A stretch of DNA of 64,000 nucleotides. It comes from Kiritimatiellia bacterium (GTDB lineage: Bacteria; Verrucomicrobiota; Kiritimatiellia; RFP12; UBA1067). A program made the position numbers and the translations under genes. Below are positions 50,441 to 64,000 of this stretch, in pieces (the first letter of the stretch is position 1; each line of letters begins with the position of its first letter). Under the pieces are notes generated by a model that saw only the letters and a program-made list of their open reading frames with translations, was not told where the DNA came from and did not search any database. The stretch covers positions 1-64,000 of the forward strand of contig JBMNFY010000017.1 of assembly GCA_050949565.1 (NCBI GenBank), in the 5' to 3' direction.

Positions 50441-52207
50441 TCATTTGTTGAAGCCCTTGTGGTTCATGAATTCCCAGATGCGCCCCATCCACGTGTAACT
50501 GCCGGTGCCCGGAGCGGCCTTGCGCTGGAAGCAGTGGGGACGGCCAACCAGCGTGTGAAGATCTCCCTGGATGCCCATCCGGCGGAGCTGCTCCCAGCAT
50601 TTGATCGAGTTCATCGCCGCCCAGCCGTCTGCATCGCCGTGGATGAAGAGGATCGGGCATGTGGCGAGGTCGAATGAAAACTCGGGAACGAGCCGCGAAT
50701 CGTCTTCGTTACCGCCCTGTGTATTCGGTTTTTCCGCGCCGTCCGTAAGCGCATACGCCGGATAGATCGCAATCGCCCACTGCACGCTGCAGGAGAGCTT
50801 GTCCAGGTCGTCGATCGGCCAATAGGCGCGGCGCTTTGAACTGGTCGCACCCATAAGCGTCAGATGCCCGCCAGCGGAGGAACCCATGATGCCGATGCGG
50901 TCGGGATCAAGCCCCAACGCCGCAGCCTGGCTGCGGACAACCCGCACGGCGCGCTGCAAGTCCTGCCATGCCGTTGTGTGCTTGGCCAGCCCGCCCAATG
51001 GACGCGGTGTGCGGTATTTCATCGTCACGACGGTCATGCCCTTTTCATTCAGGAAGCGCCGCGTCGGCGCGACTTCGAAGCCGTCAGGGCTGTTGCCCAT
51101 GTAGCTGCCGCCCGAGTAGATGATCTGGATCGCCTTTGTCGTGCGCGTCTTCGGCATGTGCCACTCAAGATAGGGCACGCACTGGTTGGTCTGCAAATCC
51201 GGTATCCGGCCTTCCGGCCAGACGGGCTCCTTGCGATATCCATCGCGGGCGTCGTCGTTTGGATAGCGGGCCATTAGATCGACCTCCTCGCCGAGGCGTC
51301 CGTCAAAGTTCATCTGGCGAAGGTACTCGGCGATCCGGTCGAGCCAATTGTCGTAGGCGGTGCCTTGCTCGCCCTTGCTCGGATCACCCATGAAGCCGTG
51401 CGGCCGATCCGCAAAGAGGTGAATCTCGGCGGGGATTTTCATGCGGCGAAGTTGGCGGTAAATCTGCGTGGAGCCATTCGGCGAATAGACGTCCGTCCCG
51501 CCATGGAAAAGCACCATCGGGCAGGTCTTCGCATCGAACTTAAACACGTCTGTGAGTTTAACATCAATCGCGTCGCCATCACGCGTATTGGGGCCGGTCA
51601 ACCCGTCGGTGAGCGCATAAGCGGTGTAGATCGGTATCGCCCAGTTGACATGGCACGGAAGCTGATCGAGCGCGTCGACCGCCTCGTATGCCGGCGTAAG
51701 CGCGCTCGTCGCGAGCAAGACCGTCAGGTGCGAACCTGCGGAGAAGCCGAACGCGCCGATCTTCTCCGGATCGAAGCCGCGTTTCTGCGCCTCGCTGCGC
51801 ACGAGACGGACGGCGCGCTGGCCGTCCTGCCACCCGCTCTGATAGATCGGCAGACCTTGCGGGCGTGGCGTCCGATAGGTGAGGCTGACACAGACAAACC
51901 CGAGGTCAAGCAGCTTCTTGGCGACCCGGTCAATCCAGACTCCGTCGCAACAGTTTTGATAGCCGCCGCCGGAAATCAACAGCATGCACGCGCCGTTTTT
52001 CTCCACCGGCGGATCGTACCAGTCGAGATACGGCATCACACGCTCGGCCGGCTTGAATCCTGGCTCTTTGACCTCCTGGGTAGTCGCCGCAATCTGTTGG
52101 GGCTGGAAATTCGGAATCTTGCCTTCCGGCCAGAGCGTGACCCGCTCCCCGGCGAACGCCAATACGGCCACCGAGAACCATGCCCCAAAAATCCATGCTC
52201 TTTTCAT
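50441..52207 (-). CDS. Secreted tandem alpha/beta-hydrolase (two esterase domains)
   Basis: Two repeats, each with GG[GS]Y, YRTPRP, G[FS]SAG and PH[GC]F. Confidence 0.9.
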   Translation of the reverse strand: MKRAWIFGAWFSVAVLAFAGERVTLWPEGKIPNFQPQQIAATTQEVKEPGFKPAERVMPYLDWYDPPVEKNGACMLLISGGGYQNCCDGVWIDRVAKKLLDLGFVCVSLTYRTPRPQGLPIYQSGWQDGQRAVRLVRSEAQKRGFDPEKIGAFGFSAGSHLTVLLATSALTPAYEAVDALDQLPCHVNWAIPIYTAYALTDGLTGPNTRDGDAIDVKLTDVFKFDAKTCPMVLFHGGTDVYSPNGSTQIYRQLRRMKIPAEIHLFADRPHGFMGDPSKGEQGTAYDNWLDRIAEYLRQMNFDGRLGEEVDLMARYPNDDARDGYRKEPVWPEGRIPDLQTNQCVPYLEWHMPKTRTTKAIQIIYSGGSYMGNSPDGFEVAPTRRFLNEKGMTVVTMKYRTPRPLGGLAKHTTAWQDLQRAVRVVRSQAAALGLDPDRIGIMGSSAGGHLTLMGATSSKRRAYWPIDDLDKLSCSVQWAIAIYPAYALTDGAEKPNTQGGNEDDSRLVPEFSFDLATCPILFIHGDADGWAAMNSIKCWEQLRRMGIQGDLHTLVGRPHCFQRKAAPGTGSYTWMGRIWEFMNHKGFNK

Positions 52208-52283
52208 CGTATCATTCCCTTCATTTTATTCTGTGAATATCCCATCCGGCGCACCGCGCCGCTGGACAAAGCTGTTCGAACCA

Positions 52284-53582
52284 TCAAGGCGTGCCGAAGC
52301 AATAGAAGTCCCCGAGCGTACGCAGATAGAGCCGGCTTTTCAGGATCACCGGCGTGGCAAAGACCCCGGACGGCAGGGTGTTCGTCACGACGCCGCCGAA
52401 TGAACGGCTAGCAGGTATGACAAACCCACCTCCCTTGCGGTCGAAAAGATAGAGATGACCATTCGCCAACGTAGGCGAGGAGTAGAACGGCGTTTTGAAA
52501 TCGTACTGCCAGACCACCTGTCCATCCTTTGCATCGTAACACCGGAACAAGCCCTGATCGGAAACCGCATACAGCAACCCTTGGTGAAGCAACGGCGACG
52601 GCACATACCCCGCCTTGGCGTCCCCCGTCCACGTCACATGCGTCTGCGTTACATCGCCCTGTCCGTCGGCACGGATGGCGAGCGTTTTTCGCCCCGGATA
52701 TCCGCCCGTCGCGTAGACCGTCGACTCGTCTGCTACTGGCGTTGCCACGCAGGTGCGCGCCGGGCCTTCGCAGTTCCACAGTAACGCTCCGTTGTTGGGA
52801 TCATAGCCGCGTGTGCTCAACCCGCCGATAAGCAGCAACTGTTCGCGACCGGCAACCGTACGCACCAAGGCGGGCGCATAGCTCTCGTTGTTGGCGCGGA
52901 TGGTTCTGCGCCAGACTATATCGCCGGTGGCGCGGTGAAAGGCTGTCAGGTAACATCCCTTGGGACCTTCCACAGGTACGATCACAGCCGATTTGTAGAG
53001 CGCGGGTGAGGCGGAGTATCCTTGGATCGTGTTGTAGGGCGCGACGGTTTTGCGCCAAAGGATATCGCCGTTCATGGAGACCGCCGCCATTTCGACACCG
53101 GCCCCGACCTGATATGGCACAAACAGCCGTTCGCCATCGCAAGCCGGTGTCGCGGCGGCCGGTGCGTTGTCGGGATGCAGCCTCCCGACGGGGCCGGCAT
53201 AGATTTCGGTCTGCCAGACGGTTTTCCCGGTCGCGCGTTCCAAGCCGTAGAGCCAAAGCTGCGCGCGGTCCTTCGTCTTCTCCCCCGCCGTGACATAAAT
53301 CCGATCGCCAACTATGACCGGTGTCGAGTGGCCGAGTCCCTGCAACGTGACGCGCCAGATGAGGTTTGAGCGTTCACCCCACACCGTCGGCGGCGATTGG
53401 TTGTCCGGCGCGATATTATCAAGCGCCGGACCGCGCCACCAAGGCCAGTCGCCGACAGCCGCAACAGGCGGCGGCAACGTATCCCATCCGTCTTTCGGTT
53501 CGACCTCTGGCAGCGTACCGCCGTGCATCCGGTACGCCAACATGCCGACCGTCAAAACCACTGCCGCAACTTTTACGTTCAT
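52284..53582 (-). CDS. PQQ-binding-like beta-propeller protein
   Basis: DWPWWRGP, GHSTP and repeated SP/TP...G...W blades. Confidence 0.88.
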   Translation of the reverse strand: MNVKVAAVVLTVGMLAYRMHGGTLPEVEPKDGWDTLPPPVAAVGDWPWWRGPALDNIAPDNQSPPTVWGERSNLIWRVTLQGLGHSTPVIVGDRIYVTAGEKTKDRAQLWLYGLERATGKTVWQTEIYAGPVGRLHPDNAPAAATPACDGERLFVPYQVGAGVEMAAVSMNGDILWRKTVAPYNTIQGYSASPALYKSAVIVPVEGPKGCYLTAFHRATGDIVWRRTIRANNESYAPALVRTVAGREQLLLIGGLSTRGYDPNNGALLWNCEGPARTCVATPVADESTVYATGGYPGRKTLAIRADGQGDVTQTHVTWTGDAKAGYVPSPLLHQGLLYAVSDQGLFRCYDAKDGQVVWQYDFKTPFYSSPTLANGHLYLFDRKGGGFVIPASRSFGGVVTNTLPSGVFATPVILKSRLYLRTLGDFYCFGTP

Positions 53583-53671
53583 GATTCCCCCTAGCCCTCG
53601 GTCATTCCAAGTACGTTGAAGCGTATCGAAAGCAGTTGCGGGCGTCCAGCCGATTTATATCATTCGCGCAA

Positions 53672-53712
53672 AAACAGCGGGCGGGGTGCATCATGCACCC
53701 CGCCCGCTGTTT
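53672..53712 (-). terminator. Intrinsic terminator after rpoC
   Basis: Perfect long GC stem AAACAGCGGGCGGGGTGCAT/ATGCACCCCGCCCGCTGTTT with a T-tail on the minus strand. Confidence 0.85.
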
Positions 53713-53727
53713 GATCAAATGACGTGC

Positions 53728-56700
53728 TTAGATGAAGACGTCGTCAAGCTGGCTCTGGGCTTCGGCTTGAAGCGCCGCCATCTCCTCCTCGCTGATCGGC
53801 TCGGCCAGCGGCACGAGCTTGATGTGACGGTGCAACGGGAAGCCGGTACCGCCCGGAATCAGATGGCCAAGGATGACGTTCTCCTTGAATCCGCGCAACT
53901 CGTCCACGCGACCCATAGCGGCCGCGTCAGTAAGCACACGCGTGGTGTCCTGGAAGGAGGCTGCCGAGATGAAGCTGTCGGTCTCGAGCGACGCCTTGGT
54001 GATACCCAGCAACGCGGGCTGCGCCTCGGCGGGCCGCTTGCCTTCGGCCACGATCTCCTCGTTGACCTCCAAGAACTTCTGCCGCGTGACCTGCTCGCCC
54101 CAGAGGAAGTCGGTGTCGCCAGGGTTGGTGATGCGGACCTTGCGCAACATCTGACGCACGATGATCTCGATGTGCTTATCGTTGATCTCCACACCCTGCA
54201 GGCGGTAGACCTGCTGCACCTCGTTGACCAAGTAGCGTTGCAGTTCCTGAGGACCGCAGATGTCGAGAATCTCCTGCGGCACCACCGGACCCTCGGTGAG
54301 CTGCTGACCCTTCTTGACGCGGTCGCCCTTAAACACGACCACCTGCTTGCCCATCGGGAACAGATGTTCCTCGACATGGCCGGTCACTTCGTCGCGTACG
54401 ATCAGGCAGCGTTTGCCGCGCGTATGCTCGCCGAAGTCCACGACACCCTCGATACGCGAGATTTCTGCCGCATCCTTGGGCTGACGCGCCTCGAAAAGCT
54501 CGGCCACGCGCGGCAGACCGCCGGTGATGTCGCGCGTCTTCGCCTCTTTACGCGGCGTCTTCGCGATCATCATGCCGGGCGACACACGTGCACCCTCTTT
54601 CGCCATAACGACGGCACCGGCCGGGATATGGTAGAAGCCCAGAATTTCGCGGGTCTCCGGATCGGTGACGATGATCTGCGGATGCAGATCCTCCTTGGTA
54701 TCGAGCACCACCAAGGTGCTCATACCGGTCTCCGGATCCACATCGGTACGGACTGACACATCGTCCACAAAATCTTGGAACGACACGGCACCGTGCTTTT
54801 CAGCCATAATCGGCACAGAGTGCGGATCCCACATGGCCACGCGCTGGCCGGGCTTGATAGCCGCGCCGTCCTCGGCGAGCAACACCGTACCCATCTGTAG
54901 GTTGTAGGTATCAATCTCAACACCGTTTTCATCGACGATCTGGATCGAGCCGTTCTTATTGAGCACGACCGAGTTACCCTCGTCATTGCGCACAGTACGC
55001 AGATCAACATACTTGATTAAACCGCCGTGCTTGAGCACGATTTCTGGAGCCTTCGACACCGTCGACACCGTGCCGCCGATATGGAAGGTCCGCATCGTCA
55101 ACTGCGTGCCCGGTTCGCCAATGGACTGCGCCGCAATAATACCGACCGCCGTGCCGATCTCAACGGGCTTGCCCGAGGAGAGGTCGCGACCGTAGCATTT
55201 CGCGCACATGCCGTAAGGCGCGTCGCACGTGAGACCGCTGCGGATCCAGACACGTTCGATACCGGCATCTTCCAGGGCCTTGCAGGCTGTCTCGTCGATC
55301 TCCGCGTTCGATGCGACCAACACATCGCCGGTCGCGGGGTGGCGGATATCGTAGAGCGCCGTACGGCCCAGTACACGGGTGCGCAACGGGATCAACGTCT
55401 CGTCGCCCTCTTCGACCGCCTCGACCTCGATGCCGTTCACGGTGTTGCAGTCTTGAATCGTGATGATCACGTCCTGCGCCACATCCACCAGCTTACGCGT
55501 CAGATAACCGGCGTCGGCCGTCTTGAGCGCGGTGTCGGCCAGACCCTTACGCGCACCGTGGGTGGAGATGAAGTACTCCAACACACTGAGACCTTCGCGG
55601 AACGACGCCGTAATGGGACGCTCGATAATTTCACCGGACGGATTGGCCATCAGACCGCGCATACCAGCGAGCTGACGGATCTGCAACTTCGAACCGCGGG
55701 ACTTGGAGTCCACCATCATGAAAACCGGGTTGGTCTCAGTCGGGTTGGGCTGTGCTTCTGTCACGTTGCGGTCGATCGCCTTGTACAGATCATCCGACAC
55801 CTTTTCGGTGGCGGCCGTCCACACGTCGACGATCTTGTTGTGTCGCTCGCCGTCCGTAATCACACCAGTCAAGAATTGGCTGTTAACCTTCTCGACCTCG
55901 GCATAGGCATTAGCAATGATCTCTTCCTTGTGCTGCGGACGGATCATGTCTTTCAAACCCATCGAAACACCCGCCAGAGTGGCGTGTTTGAAACCGAGCG
56001 TCTTCAACTCATCCAATACTTGGACCGTGACGGCATGGCCGGCCACCTGATGGCAATGCAGAATCAGGTCACCGAGCTTGCTCTTGTCGACCTTGTCATT
56101 AACATAGCCCAACTCGTCCGGCCAGATCTCGTTGAAGATCACGCGGCCGGCGGTCGTCTCAATCACGCGGACATCCGGGGTGCCATAACGACGGCCTTCG
56201 CTACCGAAGTCCGGATTGCGCAGGCGGATACGCGTATGGTACGTGATAGCCTTTTCAGCCAGGGCAAAGTCAACCTCCGCCGCGTCATTGAAGAGCGGCA
56301 GATGCGTCTCGTCGGGCGGCGTCTTGCCAGCGATCTTGCCGGCCAGCTTGTCGCTTTGGCTCGGGATGGTCAAGTAATAGATGCCCAGAGCAATATCCTG
56401 CGTCGGCGTCATGATCGACTTACCGGAGGCCGGCGAGAAGATCGAGTTAGAGGCCAGCATCAGCAGGCGGCTCTCCAACTGCGCTTCGACCGACAGCGGC
56501 ACGTGCACGGCCATCTGGTCACCGTCAAAGTCAGCGTTGAATGCGGTACAGACCATCGGATGGATGCGAATCGCCTCGCCTTCGACCAGTACCGGCTCGA
56601 AACTCTGAATCGAGAGACGGTGCAACGTCGGCGCGCGGTTGAGCATCACGGTCTTGCCCTTGGTCACCTCTTCGAGGATGTCCCAAACCTGCTCGTCATG

Positions 56701-57918
56701 GCGCTCGATCATCTTGCGCGCCGTGCGCACGGTATGGCAGATGCTCTTCTCCTTGAGACGGCGGATGATGAACGGCTCAAAGAGCGTCAACGCCATTTTT
56801 TTGGGCAAGCCGCACTGCGTGATCTTCAGTTCGGGGCCGACGACGATCACCGAACGTCCGGAGTAGTCCACGCGCTTACCGAGCAGATTCTGACGGAAGC
56901 GACCGGTCTTGCCTTTGAGCATATCACTCAGCGACTTGAGCGGACGGTTGCCGGCGCCAGCGACGGCGCGACCGTGGCGACCGTTGTCGAATACCGCGTC
57001 AACCGCCTCCTGCAACATACGCTTCTCGTTACGGATGATGACATCCGGCGTCTTGAGCAACAGCAGGTTCTTCAGACGATTGTTACGGTTGATCACGCGA
57101 CGATAGAGATCGTTCAGATCCGACGTCGCGAAGCGGCCGCCCTCGAGCGGCACCAACGGACGCAACTCCGGCGGAATCACCGGTAGGCAGTCCAGGATCA
57201 TCCACTCGGGGCGCGCCTTGCTGGAGCGGAATCCATCCGCGACCTTCATACGCTTGGTGATCTTTTTACGCGTCTGCTTGCTGCGTGTGTTTTCGATCTG
57301 CTCTTCAAGATCCTGCATGAGTTGGTCGAGATCGACCTTGTTGAGCGCGCGGCGGACTGCCTCTGCGCCCATCATTGCCGTGAAGCCCTCGCCGTACTTC
57401 TCGACCGCCTCATGGTACTCGGTGTCCGTCAGCAATTGCAGATAATCCAGCGGCGTGTCGCCCGGATCGATGACCATGTAGTCTTCGTAGTAAAGCACGC
57501 GCTCCAGTTCGCTGGCGGTCTTGTCCAAGATCAGACCGATGCGGCTGGGGTTGCACTTGAAGAACCAGATGTGCGAGACCGGCACGGCCAGCTCGATGTG
57601 GCCCATACGCTGGCGGCGCACGCGCGACACCGTCACTTCGACACCGCAACGGTCACAGACCACGCCCTTGTGCTTGATCCGCTTATACTTACCGCACGCG
57701 CACTCCCAGTCGCGTGTGGGGCCAAAGATTCGCTCACAGAAGAGACCGTCACGTTCCGGACGGTAGGTCCGGTAGTTGATGGTCTCGGGATTGCGGACCT
57801 CGCCCTTGCTCCAGGAACGGATGGTCTCGGGCGACGCGAGTGTAATACTCACAGCGTCATAGTGCCCGCCCGCATCAAACATTCCACCAAACATTTCTCG
57901 TGCTGCATAAGGATTCAT
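53728..57918 (-). CDS. rpoC: DNA-directed RNA polymerase subunit beta'
   Basis: NADFDGD, zinc-finger cysteines, [23 protein letters not shown]. Confidence 0.99.
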   Translation of the reverse strand: MNPYAAREMFGGMFDAGGHYDAVSITLASPETIRSWSKGEVRNPETINYRTYRPERDGLFCERIFGPTRDWECACGKYKRIKHKGVVCDRCGVEVTVSRVRRQRMGHIELAVPVSHIWFFKCNPSRIGLILDKTASELERVLYYEDYMVIDPGDTPLDYLQLLTDTEYHEAVEKYGEGFTAMMGAEAVRRALNKVDLDQLMQDLEEQIENTRSKQTRKKITKRMKVADGFRSSKARPEWMILDCLPVIPPELRPLVPLEGGRFATSDLNDLYRRVINRNNRLKNLLLLKTPDVIIRNEKRMLQEAVDAVFDNGRHGRAVAGAGNRPLKSLSDMLKGKTGRFRQNLLGKRVDYSGRSVIVVGPELKITQCGLPKKMALTLFEPFIIRRLKEKSICHTVRTARKMIERHDEQVWDILEEVTKGKTVMLNRAPTLHRLSIQSFEPVLVEGEAIRIHPMVCTAFNADFDGDQMAVHVPLSVEAQLESRLLMLASNSIFSPASGKSIMTPTQDIALGIYYLTIPSQSDKLAGKIAGKTPPDETHLPLFNDAAEVDFALAEKAITYHTRIRLRNPDFGSEGRRYGTPDVRVIETTAGRVIFNEIWPDELGYVNDKVDKSKLGDLILHCHQVAGHAVTVQVLDELKTLGFKHATLAGVSMGLKDMIRPQHKEEIIANAYAEVEKVNSQFLTGVITDGERHNKIVDVWTAATEKVSDDLYKAIDRNVTEAQPNPTETNPVFMMVDSKSRGSKLQIRQLAGMRGLMANPSGEIIERPITASFREGLSVLEYFISTHGARKGLADTALKTADAGYLTRKLVDVAQDVIITIQDCNTVNGIEVEAVEEGDETLIPLRTRVLGRTALYDIRHPATGDVLVASNAEIDETACKALEDAGIERVWIRSGLTCDAPYGMCAKCYGRDLSSGKPVEIGTAVGIIAAQSIGEPGTQLTMRTFHIGGTVSTVSKAPEIVLKHGGLIKYVDLRTVRNDEGNSVVLNKNGSIQIVDENGVEIDTYNLQMGTVLLAEDGAAIKPGQRVAMWDPHSVPIMAEKHGAVSFQDFVDDVSVRTDVDPETGMSTLVVLDTKEDLHPQIIVTDPETREILGFYHIPAGAVVMAKEGARVSPGMMIAKTPRKEAKTRDITGGLPRVAELFEARQPKDAAEISRIEGVVDFGEHTRGKRCLIVRDEVTGHVEEHLFPMGKQVVVFKGDRVKKGQQLTEGPVVPQEILDICGPQELQRYLVNEVQQVYRLQGVEINDKHIEIIVRQMLRKVRITNPGDTDFLWGEQVTRQKFLEVNEEIVAEGKRPAEAQPALLGITKASLETDSFISAASFQDTTRVLTDAAAMGRVDELRGFKENVILGHLIPGGTGFPLHRHIKLVPLAEPISEEEMAALQAEAQSQLDDVFI

Positions 57919-57941
57919 TGTGAACCTCCTGAAGGGTCGCC

Positions 57942-61796
<3,855 letters not shown>

Positions 61797-62134
61797 TGCC
61801 TACCTCAGGTTGGAATGTTATGACAAGGGTTGTCAACTCAAGGACCCCGCACGCAGGAGCATTTGCGCCCCTGCCGCCCGCCGCGCGCCTTGACACAGTT
61901 CTCAGCCGGCCGGTTGTGAATGGAAGTGTGGTAAGCAGCCACTTTGTTAACTAATTCACACTTCGGCCGGTTCATGCATCATCAGGCGTCCGGGTGCGTT
62001 TTGTCCCTTTTTTGACAAACACGAAAATGATGACGGGCCGGGCTTCTTCCTCTCGGCGCACACGGCGCGTTGAGGAAAGCGAGGACTGCCCGCGTCATCA
62101 CCGGACAGTCCCCGCGTTTTACACGCGGCGCGTA

Positions 62135-62503
62135 TTACTTGATCTCGACCTTGGCGCCGGCCTTCTCAAGCTGTTCCTTCAGCTTCGCGGCCTCTTCCTT
62201 CGAGACGCCTTCCTTCACAGCCTTCGGAGCGGCTTCGACCAAGTCCTTGGCATCCTTCAGGCCGAGGCTCGTGATCGCACGCACTTCTTTAATCACGCCG
62301 ATCTTGTTGGCGCCGATCTCAGCCAGAATCACATCAAACTCTGTCTTCTCCTCAACCGGAGCAGCGGCAGCGGCAGGAGCCGCAGCGACAGCCACGGGAG
62401 CGGCGGCGGTAACGCCCCACTTCTCTTCCAGCGCCTTGACCAGCTTGGAGATCTCGAGCACCGAAAGGTTGCTCAGATATTCAATCACTTCTTCGTTCGT
62501 CAT
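62135..62503 (-). CDS. rplL: 50S ribosomal protein L7/L12
   Basis: [31 protein letters not shown]; AAAGGA RBS before MTNEEV. Confidence 0.98.
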   Translation of the reverse strand: MTNEEVIEYLSNLSVLEISKLVKALEEKWGVTAAAPVAVAAAPAAAAAPVEEKTEFDVILAEIGANKIGVIKEVRAITSLGLKDAKDLVEAAPKAVKEGVSKEEAAKLKEQLEKAGAKVEIK

Positions 62504-62657
62504 GGTTCTCTTCCTTTTTTTGTGCAACCGCACGCGTTCATTCGCGGGCGGGGTTCCCGCTAGCGCCACTCCTCATAAAGGAGCCGTTCGCGCCACATGG
62601 CGCACTGGGGTGCCGACACCCGCCGACACCCGCGCCGTCGGTTTTTACGACACACGT

Positions 62658-63182
62658 TTATGCCGCAGATCCGTCTTTCTTCTCCTCGTACGCCTTGAGA
62701 GCGTAGAGCATATCCAACAGCGGCGCGTTCAACACGCGCACCAGGCTCGTCGCCGGCGCCTGCAGCGTGCCCAACAGCATGCCGCGCATGGCGTCCTTCG
62801 ACGGCAACTTCGAAAGTTCCTCCACTTCCTCCGCAGACAGCAGCGCTGCCTCGAAGCTGGCACCCTTGATCGCCGCCTTGTCATTCTGCTTCACAAAGGC
62901 GACCAGTGCCTTGGCTACTTCAGCCACATCGCCTCTGCCCGTCACGATGGCGGTCGGGCCGGAAAACAGCGCGGACACATCGCCCCAACCTAGATCCTTG
63001 GCGATTCGGCTCAGGTAGGTGTTTTTCACCACCATGGCGCGCGAGTCCAACTTGGTCAGGCTCTGACGCAACGTGGTCAGTTGCGTGACCTTGAGTCCGC
63101 CATAATTCAGGACAAAGCAGAAATCGGACGCTTTGACGCGCTCGATAACCTCATTCAGGATAGAAATTTTTTCGACTCTCAT
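62658..63182 (-). CDS. rplJ: 50S ribosomal protein L10
   Basis: YGGLKV, VVKNT, GPTAI, LSKLPS; canonical position. Confidence 0.96.
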   Translation of the reverse strand: MRVEKISILNEVIERVKASDFCFVLNYGGLKVTQLTTLRQSLTKLDSRAMVVKNTYLSRIAKDLGWGDVSALFSGPTAIVTGRGDVAEVAKALVAFVKQNDKAAIKGASFEAALLSAEEVEELSKLPSKDAMRGMLLGTLQAPATSLVRVLNAPLLDMLYALKAYEEKKDGSAA

Positions 63183-63200
63183 ATCATCCCTCTCCCGCGA

Positions 63201-63896
63201 TTAAATCGCATCCTCGGTTTTGAGCTGCACGCGCACGCCCACACCCATCGTCGAACTGACCGTGAGGGAGCGGATGAACGTCCCTTTCGCCGCCGCCGGG
63301 CGCTCAGACTGAACCGCCTTCACGATGGCGTTGATGTTGCCGACCAGCTTGTCGGCGTCAAAACTGCTCTTGCCACAGAGCACGCAGACATTGCCGGTGC
63401 GGTCCATACGGAAATCAACTTTGCCGCCTTTGGCTGCCTTGACCGCTGCCGCCGTATCATCCGTCACCGTGCCGGTCTTGGGGTTCGGCATCAAGCCACG
63501 GGGGCCGAGCACACGGGCGATCTTACGCACCTCTTTCATCGCGTCGGTGGTCGCGATCGCCACGTCAAAGTCGGTCCAACCGTCCTTGACCTTTTCGATC
63601 AGTTCCTCATAGCCGACTTCATCCGCGCCAGCTTCCTTCGCATCATCGGCATGCACGCCGGCCGCGAACACGATCACTCGGATCGTCTTGCCGGTGCCGT
63701 GCGGCAGGGTGACGGTGCCGCGCACGGTCTGGTCGGACTTCTTGAAGTCCACGCCGAGGCGCATCGCGACTTCCACTGTCTCATCAAATTTCGCGTTGGC
63801 GTTGGCCTTCACAAATGCCACCGCCTCTTCCAAGCTGACCGGCTCCGTTGGGGCCTTCTTCAGCACATCGCTATAACGCTTGCCATGTTTTGCCAT
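63201..63896 (-). CDS. rplA: 50S ribosomal protein L1
   Basis: KFDETVE, LPHGTGK, LGPRGLMPNPKTGTVT, SSTMG. Confidence 0.99.
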   Translation of the reverse strand: MAKHGKRYSDVLKKAPTEPVSLEEAVAFVKANANAKFDETVEVAMRLGVDFKKSDQTVRGTVTLPHGTGKTIRVIVFAAGVHADDAKEAGADEVGYEELIEKVKDGWTDFDVAIATTDAMKEVRKIARVLGPRGLMPNPKTGTVTDDTAAAVKAAKGGKVDFRMDRTGNVCVLCGKSSFDADKLVGNINAIVKAVQSERPAAAKGTFIRSLTVSSTMGVGVRVQLKTEDAI

Positions 63897-63914
63897 AATC
63901 CGTGTCCCCTTACC

Positions 63915-64000
63915 TTAGTCAACCACCTCGATACCCATATTACGCGCGGTACCTTCGATCATCCGCATCGCCGCCGCCTCGTCAGAAGCATTGAGGTCTG
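63915..64000 (-). CDS. rplK: 50S ribosomal protein L11, 3' end (partial)
   Basis: Minus strand reads DLNASDEAAAMRMIEGTARNMGIEVVD*, directly upstream of rplA. Confidence 0.95.
   Translation of the reverse strand, partial: DLNASDEAAAMRMIEGTARNMGIEVVD

Overview
GC-rich bacterial chromosomal window. It is most likely PVC superphylum and Kiritimatiellota-like; this is inferred from giant autotransporter-repeat proteins lacking a beta-barrel, PQQ-like propellers, many secreted carbohydrate-active proteins and the repeat families. The right end is core genome (rplK-rplA-rplJ-rplL-rpoB-rpoC). The middle mixes housekeeping genes (tsaE, rfbC, pgi, tilS, trmL) with secreted enzymes, a PII-like/cation-antiporter pair, an E1alpha-E1beta-GT2 operon, one DDE insertion sequence and two giant surface proteins (about 2170 and 2820 aa) that share a C-terminal GxxMLL[KR] end. 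The intergenic DNA is unusually rich: a 128-bp near-perfect tandem array of at least 14 copies, a MITE, REP-like hairpins, 6/7/8/9-bp periodic mini-repeats and a covarying multi-hairpin element. The best candidate for an undescribed system is a tandem winged-helix gene flanked on both sides by 169-bp-period arrays of a 28-bp palindrome, with an orphan 172-bp-period array 19 kb away. Several genes carry single-base frameshifts that look like sequencing errors.
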